Shown: one piece after another, positions 39,177 to 49,062 of the stretch | Numbering within the stretch: the stretch's first letter is position 1 | Layout: each line of letters begins with the position of its first letter | DNA from: Candidatus Anderseniibacteriota bacterium | GTDB taxonomy: Bacteria > Patescibacteriota > Andersenbacteria > UBA10190 | Assembly: GCA_016197005.1 (NCBI GenBank) | Contig: JACPWO010000001.1 | Span: forward strand, 218,544-282,543 | Direction: 5' to 3' | DNA: 64,000 bases | The notes under the pieces: model-generated | Databases searched by the model: none | Told to the model about the DNA's origin: nothing | What the model saw: only the letters and a program-made list of their open reading frames with translations | Translations under genes and position numbers: made by a program

Positions 39177-39542
39177 TTAGAAAAGCGTCTGGATACTTAC
39201 AAATAACCCAAGGGCACCAACGACCGGCCAAGCAATAAAAACGATGACTGTAAGAATACTTGCAACTAGAACGAGCAACGCAGCGATACTATAAGTCGCT
39301 AAAGTAAAAGTGCGCACAACGAATCCAATAACTCGCGAGATCATATTCCACGCAAACGCGAGCGCCAACTTACTTAAGCCAGCTCGTTCGTACGAGACAA
39401 CATCCTTATGCCAGTGAGAGACAAGCGTACGGAGCATCAGGGGCACTGAAAAAAGTCTCAGGAGCACCCGCTGTATATTCCACGCAAGCGTCAGTAAAAA
39501 AGTGGGTGCATCCAATATATGCCAGCGAAGGAGACTAAGCAT
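39177..39542 (-). CDS. small hypothetical membrane protein immediately upstream of the Clp-like gene
   Basis: 121 aa, three TM helices; 4-nt spacing to the downstream gene. Confidence 0.4.
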   Translation of the reverse strand: MLSLLRWHILDAPTFLLTLAWNIQRVLLRLFSVPLMLRTLVSHWHKDVVSYERAGLSKLALAFAWNMISRVIGFVVRTFTLATYSIAALLVLVASILTVIVFIAWPVVGALGLFVSIQTLF

Positions 39543-39606
39543 TTCTGTATTGTAGCACGCAAAAGCCGGGCACTGCGCCCGGCCTTTGTCCTCTGGCTTA
39601 CTTACT

Positions 39607-40041
39607 TTATTTGAGTTCTACTTTGCCGCCAGCGGCTTCAATTTTCTTTTTCATTTCTTCAGCTTCTGCCTTTGGAACATTCTCTTTGATAGGGGCTGGA
39701 GCTTTGTCAACGAGATCCTTGGCATCTTTCAAACCAAGACCAGTTACTTCTCGAACTGCTTTGATGACAGCAATTTTCTGTTCACCAGTAGCAGTGAGTT
39801 CAACTGTGAAAGATGACTTTTCTGGAGCAGCTTCTCCGGCTCCGCCAGCGGCTGGAGCAGCCATCATCGCCATTGGGGCGGAAGCAGAGACACCGAATTT
39901 GTCCTCAAGAACTTTGACGAGTTCTGACAAATCGAGCACTGACATTTCTTCTACTTGCTTAACGAGATCCTTGAATTTAGTAGGAACCTCTACTGCCTTT
40001 TTGTCTTCATTTGTTTGATCTTTGGTTTCTTCTGCAACCAT
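39607..40041 (-). CDS. rplL: 50S ribosomal protein bL12 (L7/L12)
   Basis: Ala/Pro hinge and C-terminal [17 protein letters not shown]...GGKVELK. Confidence 0.93.
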   Translation of the reverse strand: MVAEETKDQTNEDKKAVEVPTKFKDLVKQVEEMSVLDLSELVKVLEDKFGVSASAPMAMMAAPAAGGAGEAAPEKSSFTVELTATGEQKIAVIKAVREVTGLGLKDAKDLVDKAPAPIKENVPKAEAEEMKKKIEAAGGKVELK

Positions 40042-40072
40042 AGGTATGAATTAAAAATTTATAAATTTAAAG

Positions 40073-40594
40073 TTATTCTTTTGATTCTTTAATTGCTTGC
40101 AACACATACACCATTGAACGAGGTACTCCTGACAGAACCATAGCAAAACCACGCATAGGTCCGGCCAGCACGCCAACGAGTTGCCCAAGGAGCTGCTGCC
40201 TGCTTGGAAGCTTCGCCAGCGCTGTTGCCTGTTCCATGGTAATAACATTGCCTTCCAGTACACCTGACAGAATCCGCATCTGATCTTCATGCTGTTTCGC
40301 AAATTCATAAATGAATTTAGCCGGAGCGACCACATCACTTCCCCACACCACCGCTACCTGATCTTCATGCTGTTTCGGGTCGAAATCTACTTTGGCATCA
40401 GTTAAAGCAAGCTTTAAGAGACGCTTTGGTACTACCTTCATTTTGCAACCTGCTTCATGGAGTTTATCCCGAAGATCGGTCATATCTTTCAAGGTAACGC
40501 CGTCAAAACCAACGAAGACAACTGACGTAGCTTCAGATACATCTTTGCTAACTTTTTGGATGATTTCTTCCTTTTGTGTACGAGTAAGTGACAT
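40073..40594 (-). CDS. rplJ: 50S ribosomal protein uL10
   Basis: 173 aa; directly upstream of rplL; conserved L10 N-terminal region. Confidence 0.88.
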   Translation of the reverse strand: MSLTRTQKEEIIQKVSKDVSEATSVVFVGFDGVTLKDMTDLRDKLHEAGCKMKVVPKRLLKLALTDAKVDFDPKQHEDQVAVVWGSDVVAPAKFIYEFAKQHEDQMRILSGVLEGNVITMEQATALAKLPSRQQLLGQLVGVLAGPMRGFAMVLSGVPRSMVYVLQAIKESKE

Positions 40595-40827
40595 GGGTGA
40601 GAATAAAAAAATCGGGTTATCACCCGAATGCGTAAAAAACAGCTAATTGGCTGTCTTCCTCTTAGGGGCTTATGTGAATGCCCTAGGTCTTCGGATGACT
40701 GGACTATTTATCGTATAAACAGCGTATAAATGCAAATTGACAAAATAACAGGAAAGTTGCCTTACTTCCTTTTCTAGGAAAAGTGTAGGCAAGAGTAATT
40801 TTAGCCACACCGCTAGTCTAACCAACG

Positions 40828-41841
40828 TTACTGTAAATGCTCTGCCTTATTCCGGTTATGTTCGTCGTTCGTCTCGGCAAAAATGGTCTCACCCGACGGA
40901 GCAGATAAGTAGTAATAATATTCGGATGCTTCTGGTTTAATCGCGGCCGTCAGTGCACGCAGACCGGGATTGCTAATTGGGCCGGGCGGTAGACCACGGT
41001 ATTTTCGGGTGTTGTATGGCGAGTCTATCGCCAAATCTGCGACCGTAAGACCGGCTGTTGGCTTATTCAACGCATACCGAATGGTGGCATCAACGTACAG
41101 TCCTTCACCATCATCAAGTCGTTTCCATAAAATACCAGCCACGACCGCCATATCATCGTCAGTTTGCACTTCTCGTTCTAGAATACTGGCCATGTTGACC
41201 ATCTCATCCAGCGTTCGATCAGTTCCAGCCGCTAGGCCACTCTGAACAATCCGTCGATCAAAGTTTGTTAGCATACGACGAATAACATCGAGCGAAGTGT
41301 CATCTTCAAATACCCGATACGTATCTGGAAAAAGGTACCCTTCGAGTGTTCGTCCCTCTGGCAACTCACCTACAAAAGAAAATTCTTCAGCAAATTGAGC
41401 CGGACTGGAGACTGCCTGCATAAATTCCTCTTTCGTGCCAATACCACGTTCGGCCGTTCGCGCTGCTATTTGTTCGAGAGTAAAACCTTCGGGATACGTC
41501 AGGGTTAGTTCATTCTCCGTAGTATCTCCATTAATGAAGCGCGTAACGACTTCGCTGACTGGTTGTCCAATTGTTAAGTGATACGTTCCAGCCTGAATTT
41601 TATCCGCTGCTTCTTGCCGCCAGCTGTAGTACTTCCAAGGTAGCTCGCTACCAGTAAATCCTTCCGCCGCCAGTGCGCTCCACACGGCTCGGGAGGAAGT
41701 ACCGGATTCAATGGCAAAATCTCCGTCCTTTTCAAGGACAGCCCCCGCGATGAGCCAACGAAAACTAACAAGTAAGACGACGAATAGGACCAAACCGATG
41801 ATTCCGTAAAATTTGCGAGGACTTGTTACTTGAATAGCCAT
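40828..41841 (-). CDS. mltG: endolytic murein transglycosylase MltG (YceG family)
   Basis: N-terminal TM plus YceG domain; C-terminal YYYLSAPSGETIFAETNDEHNRN signature. Confidence 0.82.
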   Translation of the reverse strand: MAIQVTSPRKFYGIIGLVLFVVLLVSFRWLIAGAVLEKDGDFAIESGTSSRAVWSALAAEGFTGSELPWKYYSWRQEAADKIQAGTYHLTIGQPVSEVVTRFINGDTTENELTLTYPEGFTLEQIAARTAERGIGTKEEFMQAVSSPAQFAEEFSFVGELPEGRTLEGYLFPDTYRVFEDDTSLDVIRRMLTNFDRRIVQSGLAAGTDRTLDEMVNMASILEREVQTDDDMAVVAGILWKRLDDGEGLYVDATIRYALNKPTAGLTVADLAIDSPYNTRKYRGLPPGPISNPGLRALTAAIKPEASEYYYYLSAPSGETIFAETNDEHNRNKAEHLQ

Positions 41842-41850
41842 AGACAGCTT

Positions 41851-42918
41851 TTAAAGATATTCTTTTTTACCCTCCCTTTCAATCCTCTCCACTACTTCCT
41901 TTACTTTATGGGCAGCGTCAGTATCACAAACGAGTACTGCCTTATCCGTTACCACCACCACGGCGTTATCAATACCTATTAACGAGACGGCTTTGTCCGT
42001 TGTGTTGTAAATAAAATTATTTTCCGAATCCACATGAATATGATGGCCGGCTGGCATATGATCTCCCACTTTTCCAAAGATTTCTTTTACAGTTGCCCAA
42101 TTACCAACGTCACTCCAACCATAGTCACCCGTAACAGCAATAATGGTTTTTGTTTTTTCCACGAATGTTTTTTCCAGTGCCACCTTCGGTAAGTTTTCAT
42201 ACACTTGTCGCCACTTATCCGTATCTTTGCTGGTAATTGCTGACGCTAGCTCTTCGCTCGCCTCTTTCCATTCAGGGCTAAGCGTCGTTACCTGAGACAG
42301 TAAATAAGTCGGCTTCAGCGAAAAGTATCCTAAATTCCAGAAGTAACCTCCGGCGGCCACAAAGCCTTCAGCTGTTTCTTTATTTGGTTTCTCAATAAAT
42401 TTTTCGACATGATATACGTTTGGTTTTCCTGCGAGAGCCTCTCCCACTTTGAAATACCCAAGAGTGGTATTGGGATTAAGCGGAACGTGTCCCGCAATAA
42501 TGAGCGCCTCAGGATATTGCTCCAGTAAAGCTGGAACAGTTTGTAAGTCCTTGAGAAATACTTCTTCATTGGCAAATACATGATCCGACCACAAGAAGGT
42601 GGTCGGCATATCACCTTTTCCTGATGCAATCAGATTAAGACAGACGTTTAAGAAAGCGGCGGTCGTATCACGTTTAGCCGGTTCTAGTAAAAGATGATCG
42701 GTTGTAACACCAGGTAGTAACTGCTCTATCTGCTTGGCATATTTTTCCGATGTGGCCACAAAAATATTTTCCGGAGATGTAAGAGCTGTGGCTCGTTCAT
42801 AGGCATGAACCAACAAAGGCTTACCGGTACCTAAATCCACAAACTGCTTCGGATTGTCCCGAACTGATAGAGGCCACAACCGTGTCCCCCCACCCCCCGC
42901 CATAATGACGACGTTCAT
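41851..42918 (-). CDS. mannose-1-phosphate guanylyltransferase (GDP-mannose pyrophosphorylase)
   Basis: MNVVIMAGGGGTRLWPLS nucleotidyltransferase N-terminus; 355 aa. Confidence 0.8.
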   Translation of the reverse strand: MNVVIMAGGGGTRLWPLSVRDNPKQFVDLGTGKPLLVHAYERATALTSPENIFVATSEKYAKQIEQLLPGVTTDHLLLEPAKRDTTAAFLNVCLNLIASGKGDMPTTFLWSDHVFANEEVFLKDLQTVPALLEQYPEALIIAGHVPLNPNTTLGYFKVGEALAGKPNVYHVEKFIEKPNKETAEGFVAAGGYFWNLGYFSLKPTYLLSQVTTLSPEWKEASEELASAITSKDTDKWRQVYENLPKVALEKTFVEKTKTIIAVTGDYGWSDVGNWATVKEIFGKVGDHMPAGHHIHVDSENNFIYNTTDKAVSLIGIDNAVVVVTDKAVLVCDTDAAHKVKEVVERIEREGKKEYL

Positions 42919-42920
42919 GA

Positions 42921-44354
42921 TTGGAGTGTACCGAGCATGGTAAACTATTGTCCATGTCAGTCGCTGCTCGTGCCGTTCATGGAATCAACGTCTGCGTTAT
43001 TCCCTCCCCATATAACGATGATCGTCCGCTCGCTTTGCGGCATCGCTCACTCGCCACAGTCTCCGGGGCGCTTTTGGCAGTAAAGCTCTTGGCCGCCCTA
43101 GCGATAGCTTTTGCTCCCACTCCCGCTGAGCTTTCCGTCATCACCACTAACCGTATTATCCAACTTACTAACGCTGAACGACAAAAAGGTGGCTTATCTG
43201 CTCTTACTACGAATAGCCAACTAACAGCGGCCGCTCAAGAAAAATGCAAACACATGCTTGAGGAAGATTACTTCGCCCACATTTCCCCAAGTGGTGTTAC
43301 CCCGTGGTTTTGGATAAAAAAACATGGATATACCTACCAAGTGGCTGGGGAAAACTTAGCAATTGATTTTACTGAAGCTGAAGACGTGGTAGCTGCCTGG
43401 ATGGCCAGCCCCTCCCACAAAGCGAATATTATGCACAGCGAATATACCGAGACCGGGGTGGCAGTGGTGAGTGGTGAATTTCAAGGAGGCACCTCTATTG
43501 TTGTTGTACATATGTTTGGATTACCAGCTGGCGCAACAGCTCCGTCCTCTACACCCGTCCCTACATCTACACCAGCGACTGCCGGCACTCAACAAAAAAT
43601 ATCCACCCCCACTCCCTCGCCCACCACCACTCCACTTCCTACCACCCCGACAGCAGTACCCCCGAGCCCGTCCGCTGTTCCTCTCCGCACGCCCCGCATT
43701 GCGCTGGCCGGTACCGCGACGGCCGGAGCGACCGTGCTCGTTTCAATTGAAGGCGAAGGTAACAGTGCCATTACTGTTTTAGCGAACGGACAAGCCGCCG
43801 ACACTATTAACTTGCCGCCGACTGGCCAAGCCACAGCTGCAATAAATATCTCTTCTATTCCAGATGGAGCTGTAGTCCTTCGCGCCTATGCCTCAGGCTT
43901 TGGCAGACAAAGCGAACTATCTGAAGGAGTAGCTATAACGAAGGATACGACTGGGCCAGCGCTGGCCTTTGCAGATCTTTCCTTTGTGATTTCTCCGGCC
44001 TTTGATACCGCCCAAGCAGCGGTGAGCCTGCCAAGCGTAAATGGCTCACAAAGCATTCAACTCATCGATATTCGTTCTACAGAAACACTCGAAGCGCGCG
44101 ATGAGCATGGCAACGTTTCCGTTGTAGATACGACGTCGCTTAAGCCCAGCTTCGAAGAAACCGCTCAAAGTGCAGAGCTGCGAGCGCCCCAACGACTGCT
44201 CCAGGTGTCTCGTCACATGTCAGTAGTTGTCCTCATCGTCTTACTTGTCCTGCTATCGATGGCAATAATAATCCGCATTCACGTCCAACACCCTGCTCTT
44301 ATTATGCACGCGTCGCTGGCTATTCTTCTCTCAAGTGTTCTGTTTCTGATCTAA
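42921..44354 (+). CDS. CAP/SCP/PR-1 domain protein with Pro/Thr-rich linker and C-terminal TM anchors
   Basis: CAP domain (NAERQKGGL...HMLEEDYFAH...GENLA); PT-rich linker STPVPTSTPATAGTQQKISTPTPSPTTTPLPTTPT; C-terminal hydrophobic helices. True start possibly at MSVAARAV (42954). Confidence 0.7.
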   Translation: MECTEHGKLLSMSVAARAVHGINVCVIPSPYNDDRPLALRHRSLATVSGALLAVKLLAALAIAFAPTPAELSVITTNRIIQLTNAERQKGGLSALTTNSQLTAAAQEKCKHMLEEDYFAHISPSGVTPWFWIKKHGYTYQVAGENLAIDFTEAEDVVAAWMASPSHKANIMHSEYTETGVAVVSGEFQGGTSIVVVHMFGLPAGATAPSSTPVPTSTPATAGTQQKISTPTPSPTTTPLPTTPTAVPPSPSAVPLRTPRIALAGTATAGATVLVSIEGEGNSAITVLANGQAADTINLPPTGQATAAINISSIPDGAVVLRAYASGFGRQSELSEGVAITKDTTGPALAFADLSFVISPAFDTAQAAVSLPSVNGSQSIQLIDIRSTETLEARDEHGNVSVVDTTSLKPSFEETAQSAELRAPQRLLQVSRHMSVVVLIVLLVLLSMAIIIRIHVQHPALIMHASLAILLSSVLFLI

Positions 44355-44453
44355 TTTTACACCCAAAAGGATTATTGAGATTTTGCCGTTTTAGGTGGTA
44401 AAATCCACGTGTGATGTGGAATATTGGATTTCCAACCGAAGGAGGTGTTAACC

Positions 44454-44630
44454 ATGGCTGACGCACTTATCGTCGCAAGTAAAGTCCGTGCTCACCTCAA
44501 GACTCAAGGTGTGAAGATGTCTGGTGAACTTCCGGACGCACTCAACAAGAAAGTTATGGCCCTTCTTAATGATGCCGCTGCACGCTGCAAGGGTAACAAA
44601 CGTTCTACCGTAAAACCTCAGGACGTATAA
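44454..44630 (+). CDS. small hypothetical protein (58 aa) with strong ribosome-binding site
   Basis: GAAGGAGGTG 7 nt upstream of ATG 44454. Protein MADALIVASKVRAHLKTQGVKMSGELPDALNKKVMALLNDAAARCKGNKRSTVKPQDV. The ORF-track start at 44424 is less likely. Confidence 0.5.
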   Translation: MADALIVASKVRAHLKTQGVKMSGELPDALNKKVMALLNDAAARCKGNKRSTVKPQDV

Positions 44631-44719
44631 TGATAGGGCTAGAATAGCCCGAAAAGCCCCAGGATTGCGATTTCTTGGGGTTTTTCTTATAGTAGAAAAG
44701 CCGTAAAAACCAAATAAAA

Positions 44720-44748
44720 TTGACAAATAAGGCAAATAAGGTTAATAT
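44720..44748 (+). promoter_or_regulatory. near-consensus sigma70-type promoter for the sortase gene
   Basis: TTGACA (44720-44725), 17 nt, TAATAT (44743-44748). The ATG of the sortase gene is at 44763, so the transcript is leaderless or has a very short leader. Confidence 0.6.
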
Positions 44749-44762
44749 TACCCGTTATTTAT

Positions 44763-45449
44763 ATGAAGACCTTCCCTCTCTTTTTAGCCGTTTTTGGCTT
44801 TGCCTCCCTCTTTTTCTTTGGGCTGGGCGTTGTTGCGTTAATGGTCACCCCAGTGGTTGCCAGCTTAACGGTGGGCAAAGAGGCATACCAGCCTCTCCTG
44901 CCAGTTAGCGAGGCTCGCGAGGAAGGTTTCCTGGATGTTAAGGAAAACCCCGGAAAACAGATGTATCCTGCCCTCACGACGGAAGGACAAAGCTTGCCTC
45001 AAACAAACCGTATTGTCATTCCCGCGCTTGATGTCGATGTCCCAATCATTATGAGCCCTTCGTTGGAAGATGTTGATGTTATCGCCACTCTCAATGAAGG
45101 TGCGGCCTTGTATCCCAACGGTGTACTGCCAGGACACTTAGGTAACCTCTTCATCTCTGCTCACAGCACTGGCGAGCCATGGAAGGGTAAATATCGTTTT
45201 GCTTTCCTGCGGATTAATGAGCTACAGCCAGGAAACGTTTTGCATATTGATTACAATGGCACTCGCTACACCTACACCATGACTGATCAGGAGATTGTAA
45301 CTCCAACTCCCGATTACCGCGTGGTATCTGATCGTCCGGTGCCAACACTTTCGCTCATGGCCTGCTGGCCAATTTGGTCAACCCAAAAACGCATGCTTAT
45401 TCACGCTGACCTCACCAACGTCACCAAACTGACACAGCGTCCAGCTTAA
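44763..45449 (+). CDS. sortase-family transpeptidase
   Basis: N-terminal TM; catalytic His (LFISAHS), TLSLMACWP Cys motif and a downstream Arg; 228 aa. Confidence 0.8.
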   Translation: MKTFPLFLAVFGFASLFFFGLGVVALMVTPVVASLTVGKEAYQPLLPVSEAREEGFLDVKENPGKQMYPALTTEGQSLPQTNRIVIPALDVDVPIIMSPSLEDVDVIATLNEGAALYPNGVLPGHLGNLFISAHSTGEPWKGKYRFAFLRINELQPGNVLHIDYNGTRYTYTMTDQEIVTPTPDYRVVSDRPVPTLSLMACWPIWSTQKRMLIHADLTNVTKLTQRPA

Positions 45450-45458
45450 CTCTTTTTG

Positions 45459-46253
45459 TTAACAATTCTGCGCTTTGCGCCAACCGGCCTCCGTTGCCTC
45501 TTTTTCCGTACAAAAATATTTCTCTCCCTGCGCCGCATCTATTTCTGTCCGGCCGTAACTACCACAACCCGGAAGATGATAAATCTTCTGGCCACTACTA
45601 ATATTTCCTTTGATAGTGCAATCTCCGGACGGTAGCGGCAGCGGCGTACTGGTACCAGTTGCCCCACACTGCCCGCTCCAGATCCCCCATTTCATCTGCC
45701 GAGCAAACTCTTCAGCTGTATCTAATTGCACTTGATAGGCGACGTCCGGTGGATATTTAGAAGCCCGCGCAAATCCTTCGCGTACTAACACATCGTTTAT
45801 AAAAACATCATCAACGTAGATATACCGAAGTAATCGACCCAGGCGATCGGTTTCACTTACGTCCTTTTCTAAACGAACGCGCTTTCCCTCAACCAGTGTT
45901 TTATTTTTCTCTGAAGCTTCTTTTCCTAGACACTCAACTGGCGTCCCTACCTGAACTGACTCCGGTGTATCGATGCCGATATACCGCACGCGTCTGCCAC
46001 CTACTAATACGACGGTGTCACCATCAACTACACGCTCGACGACAGCAAATTCATCCTGAGCTCCAGCTACTTTTGTTGGAGCTGGAGTCGGAGTTGGAGT
46101 ACTTACAGGTGTTGCGAGTGGAGTGGGAAGAGATGTAGGAAGAGTTAGCGGTTGTAAAGAATTATCAGTTCGTAAAATAAAGTAGCCGGCAACTATTATA
46201 ACCAGCAGCCACAGACCTTTCTTTAAGAGCGTCGCTTTTTTCGAGACCGCCAT
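45459..46253 (-). CDS. secreted thermonuclease (SNase/micrococcal nuclease-like) with C-terminal Cys-containing KIYHxPGCxxY module
   Basis: Signal/TM; PT-rich linker; SNase core RVVDGDTVVL...RYIGIDTPE...GRLLRYIYVDD; C-terminal CTIKGNISSGQKIYHLPGCGSYGRT...C. Confidence 0.75.
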   Translation of the reverse strand: MAVSKKATLLKKGLWLLVIIVAGYFILRTDNSLQPLTLPTSLPTPLATPVSTPTPTPAPTKVAGAQDEFAVVERVVDGDTVVLVGGRRVRYIGIDTPESVQVGTPVECLGKEASEKNKTLVEGKRVRLEKDVSETDRLGRLLRYIYVDDVFINDVLVREGFARASKYPPDVAYQVQLDTAEEFARQMKWGIWSGQCGATGTSTPLPLPSGDCTIKGNISSGQKIYHLPGCGSYGRTEIDAAQGEKYFCTEKEATEAGWRKAQNC

Positions 46254-47527
46254 AATGAGTAACCAAAGGCGGCAGCGCCAACAATGATAAGTACCAAACC
46301 AATCTTAAGCCTACCTTCTGCTACGCGAGCGTCACTTGCCAGCTCATCTATTTGTTGCGGCGCAAGGTTATACCGTACTTCTCGAGCAAAATATTCCTTT
46401 TCTGGTGAAGCAATACGAACAGATACACGAGGAGTTCCGACAATGTCTCGCGGTAAGGGGAAGATGAATGTACCCTGGCGAATACTGTCGGCAAGTTTTA
46501 ACCCTTGTTCAGTGTGGCTGGCCAGAACTCCGTGATCGTCACCTAACGATACTACTACATCAGCATCAAATGTCGTCTCAGCATCGGCGGCTCCGACAAA
46601 ATCTACTGCCACGATAGCTTTATCATTTGCTTTACTTCCCATCCGATCTATTCGTGTCCATAACACATCAGCATCCGCTCCCCGCACTACCCAACGATAC
46701 GTTGCTAAACTAGAAACTTGTCGGCCACTACTTCCACGAAGCCACAGAACACCAAAATATACTTCTGGTTGATCGGCGGCAACAACTGGCATTTTAAAAC
46801 GTGTCGGCTGCCCGGCTCGAAGTGTTTGTGGCCTTCCTATTACCTGATTCAACCGACCGCGGGCTTGGTCAAATTCATAGATATCCAGCACGGGAGTAAC
46901 CGTTATCCCCTGCTCGGAAGTAGCCTCCGCTTGGATTTCAAATGAAGATCCAGCCGAAACATTTGGACCAGACAAAGGTTCAAGCACTGTATCTTGGTAC
47001 TCAGGAATATCGAATGGTCCTGGACCAAGCTCAATGACATCAGCGACAGCGGAGCCAGTGACGGTAATAGTTGCGTCATACCATCCCAAATCCCGTCCCC
47101 GCAGTGACGTCATCATTAGCCGCATCCGATAAGCGCCATTTGGTAGCCCAGGTAGTTTATACGTAACTGGCACTGCCTTTGTTTCCTGTGGGGCCAAGGT
47201 AATATTTTCAGGGAAGACTTGTACGTCGTATAAAATTACGCTGCTCTCCTGAATAGCTTCTTCTGTTCCCTCAGGCAGACTCATGAGCTCAACTCGGTAC
47301 CCTAAATCGGCAACCGTACTTTTTTCGCTATTAAATGCGTTAAAGACGCCAGTTACCGTTTGGGTTTTTGCATCAAAGGTCACTTCCGCTTTGGGGATAA
47401 AGACGCGGGGTGGATGGTAAGTGTTATTTAAGTCAATCTCTCCCCGATTGCCAAAAGGTGAAGTACTTTGAGCGTATGCGAGGCTAGGTAGCAATAATCC
47501 GATCGCGACTAGCGTAAAGAGTTTCAT
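46223..47527 (-). CDS. secreted hypothetical protein with C-terminal TM anchor and basic tail
   Basis: Signal peptide MKLFTLVAIGLLLPSLAYA; C-terminal LVLIIVGAAAFGYSLWRSRKKRRS. Confidence 0.55.
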   Translation of the reverse strand: MKLFTLVAIGLLLPSLAYAQSTSPFGNRGEIDLNNTYHPPRVFIPKAEVTFDAKTQTVTGVFNAFNSEKSTVADLGYRVELMSLPEGTEEAIQESSVILYDVQVFPENITLAPQETKAVPVTYKLPGLPNGAYRMRLMMTSLRGRDLGWYDATITVTGSAVADVIELGPGPFDIPEYQDTVLEPLSGPNVSAGSSFEIQAEATSEQGITVTPVLDIYEFDQARGRLNQVIGRPQTLRAGQPTRFKMPVVAADQPEVYFGVLWLRGSSGRQVSSLATYRWVVRGADADVLWTRIDRMGSKANDKAIVAVDFVGAADAETTFDADVVVSLGDDHGVLASHTEQGLKLADSIRQGTFIFPLPRDIVGTPRVSVRIASPEKEYFAREVRYNLAPQQIDELASDARVAEGRLKIGLVLIIVGAAAFGYSLWRSRKKRRS

Positions 47528-47560
47528 AGCAGCAGTGTATCAAATTCTTCTCCCTAACTA

Positions 47561-47587
47561 AACAACCCTGCTGTACGCAGGGTTGTT
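47561..47587. repeat. stable hairpin downstream of the first DUF11 gene; a related copy follows the second paralog
   Basis: AACAACCCTG-ctgtacg-CAGGGTTGTT. No clear T-tract on either strand, so it is not a canonical intrinsic terminator. Confidence 0.4.
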
Positions 47588-47609
47588 ATTACAGGTTTTA
47601 TGGAGTTAT

Positions 47610-48992
47610 TTAGAAGAATCGGCGGGCTAAGAACGCTAGGCCGCTTGCTCCTCCAAAAAGGTTAAAGAGAGCGAAAGAAGCAGTTCCACCAGTGCGAGCG
47701 GTTACCGGCACCTGAACAATTTGATTTACAATGTGCCTTTCAATTATTGTCTCAGTCACGCCAGCCACTTCTGGCTCTCGTTCAACAATTGTGGTGTCTT
47801 CATCTTCATCACAAACGTCATGGTCATCAGAACACGCTTCGATAGTGTTGTGAAGATTAGCTCCATTAGGCGCACTGTCTTTTACCGTAGCGGTAATGTG
47901 GTAAGTCTTTGACTCATTTTCATCTAAGTGAATTCCCGTCCAACGAACAGTTTGTCCAGAGATAGAACCACCGCTGCTGACAGATGTAATTGTGAGGTAG
48001 GATGGGACATGATCTTCTATTTCGACGTCATGGAGGTCTACGTCTCCCGTATTCTCGACTTCAATTTCATACGTCAGGCTGTGCCCAGGACGCGTGATAT
48101 CTCGATTGTCCGTCTTAGTTACTCGAATGGCTGGATCGCCTGGTGCTGGGGTAGGTGTAGGAGTTGGCGTGGGTGTAGGGGTTGGCGTCGGAGTTGGTGT
48201 AGGCGTCACAGTTGGCGTTGGAGTCACAGTCGGAGTTGGTGTCACCGTGGGAGTAGGAGTTATGGTTGGCGTTGGTGTAATTGTTGGTGTAGGCGTAGCG
48301 GTTGGAGTAGGCGTCGGAGTTGGCGTGGGTGTAGGGGTTGGCGTTGGAGTAGGAATGCCAGCAAAATTGAGCCAAATGTTAACTGCTGTTGCTCGATTAG
48401 TGGCAAAGGCTTCGTCACTCAAACTAAATGAAGTGGTTGGAGTAAACTTGCGTAACCACTTCCCTACCACCTGCAGGGTTACTTTTGTTTCTCCTGCTTT
48501 GAGACTTGATAGGTTCAGGATGTGACTACCGGTTCGACTAGCGAAACAATACAGCGTGCCATTACAGAACTTCTCGCTATACACATCATCAGTGAGCATG
48601 ATCCAGTTGCTCTGAGCTGTGCCCTCGTAGTTACTGTGGTGCCCACCCATTTGGTCAAAACGACTCAGGACCCGAGCATTGAACACGATGTTATTACATA
48701 CTAAAAAGTCGACTCGGTAACTAAACGGAACGGCTGTTATGTCATATGTACCGGCCGCAGCATTGTGGATTGGAGAATTTACGAAAAGCTGAATAACAGG
48801 TTCATTACTGAGACGTTTTGGCAAATCATCATATCCTGTTGTAAGGCGTGGATTAATAACGGTAATACCATTTGAGCCAGCGCCAGCAGCTTTTTCTAAG
48901 TTGGCAGTAAATAACAATGCACCGAGCACCATCAGGGCACTAGCTAAGAGATACGGAAAGAAACGGAGGTTCTGTTTTACTAGGCTACTCAT
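47610..48992 (-). CDS. surface protein: N-terminal signal peptide, (TP)n linker, DUF11 (conserved repeat) domain, C-terminal sorting-signal-like tail
   Basis: Linker [42 protein letters not shown]... DUF11-like IRVTKT...[29 protein letters not shown]-terminus VPVTARTGG + hydrophobic [17 protein letters not shown] + RRFF. Confidence 0.75.
   Translation of the reverse strand: MSSLVKQNLRFFPYLLASALMVLGALLFTANLEKAAGAGSNGITVINPRLTTGYDDLPKRLSNEPVIQLFVNSPIHNAAAGTYDITAVPFSYRVDFLVCNNIVFNARVLSRFDQMGGHHSNYEGTAQSNWIMLTDDVYSEKFCNGTLYCFASRTGSHILNLSSLKAGETKVTLQVVGKWLRKFTPTTSFSLSDEAFATNRATAVNIWLNFAGIPTPTPTPTPTPTPTPTPTATPTPTITPTPTITPTPTVTPTPTVTPTPTVTPTPTPTPTPTPTPTPTPTPAPGDPAIRVTKTDNRDITRPGHSLTYEIEVENTGDVDLHDVEIEDHVPSYLTITSVSSGGSISGQTVRWTGIHLDENESKTYHITATVKDSAPNGANLHNTIEACSDDHDVCDEDEDTTIVEREPEVAGVTETIIERHIVNQIVQVPVTARTGGTASFALFNLFGGASGLAFLARRFF
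48115..48375. repeat. hexanucleotide-periodic tandem DNA repeat encoding the (TP)n linker
   Basis: GGTGTAGGAGTTGGCGTGGGTGTAGGGGTTGGCGTCGGAGTTGG... has ACNCCN periodicity on the coding strand. It generates spurious antisense GVGVGV ORFs. Confidence 0.8.
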
Positions 48993-49062
48993 AAATACGT
49001 CAGATAATTAAAGGTTAACAAATTAGAATACGAAGGAAATCCCCGAACTGTCAATCTCATTT

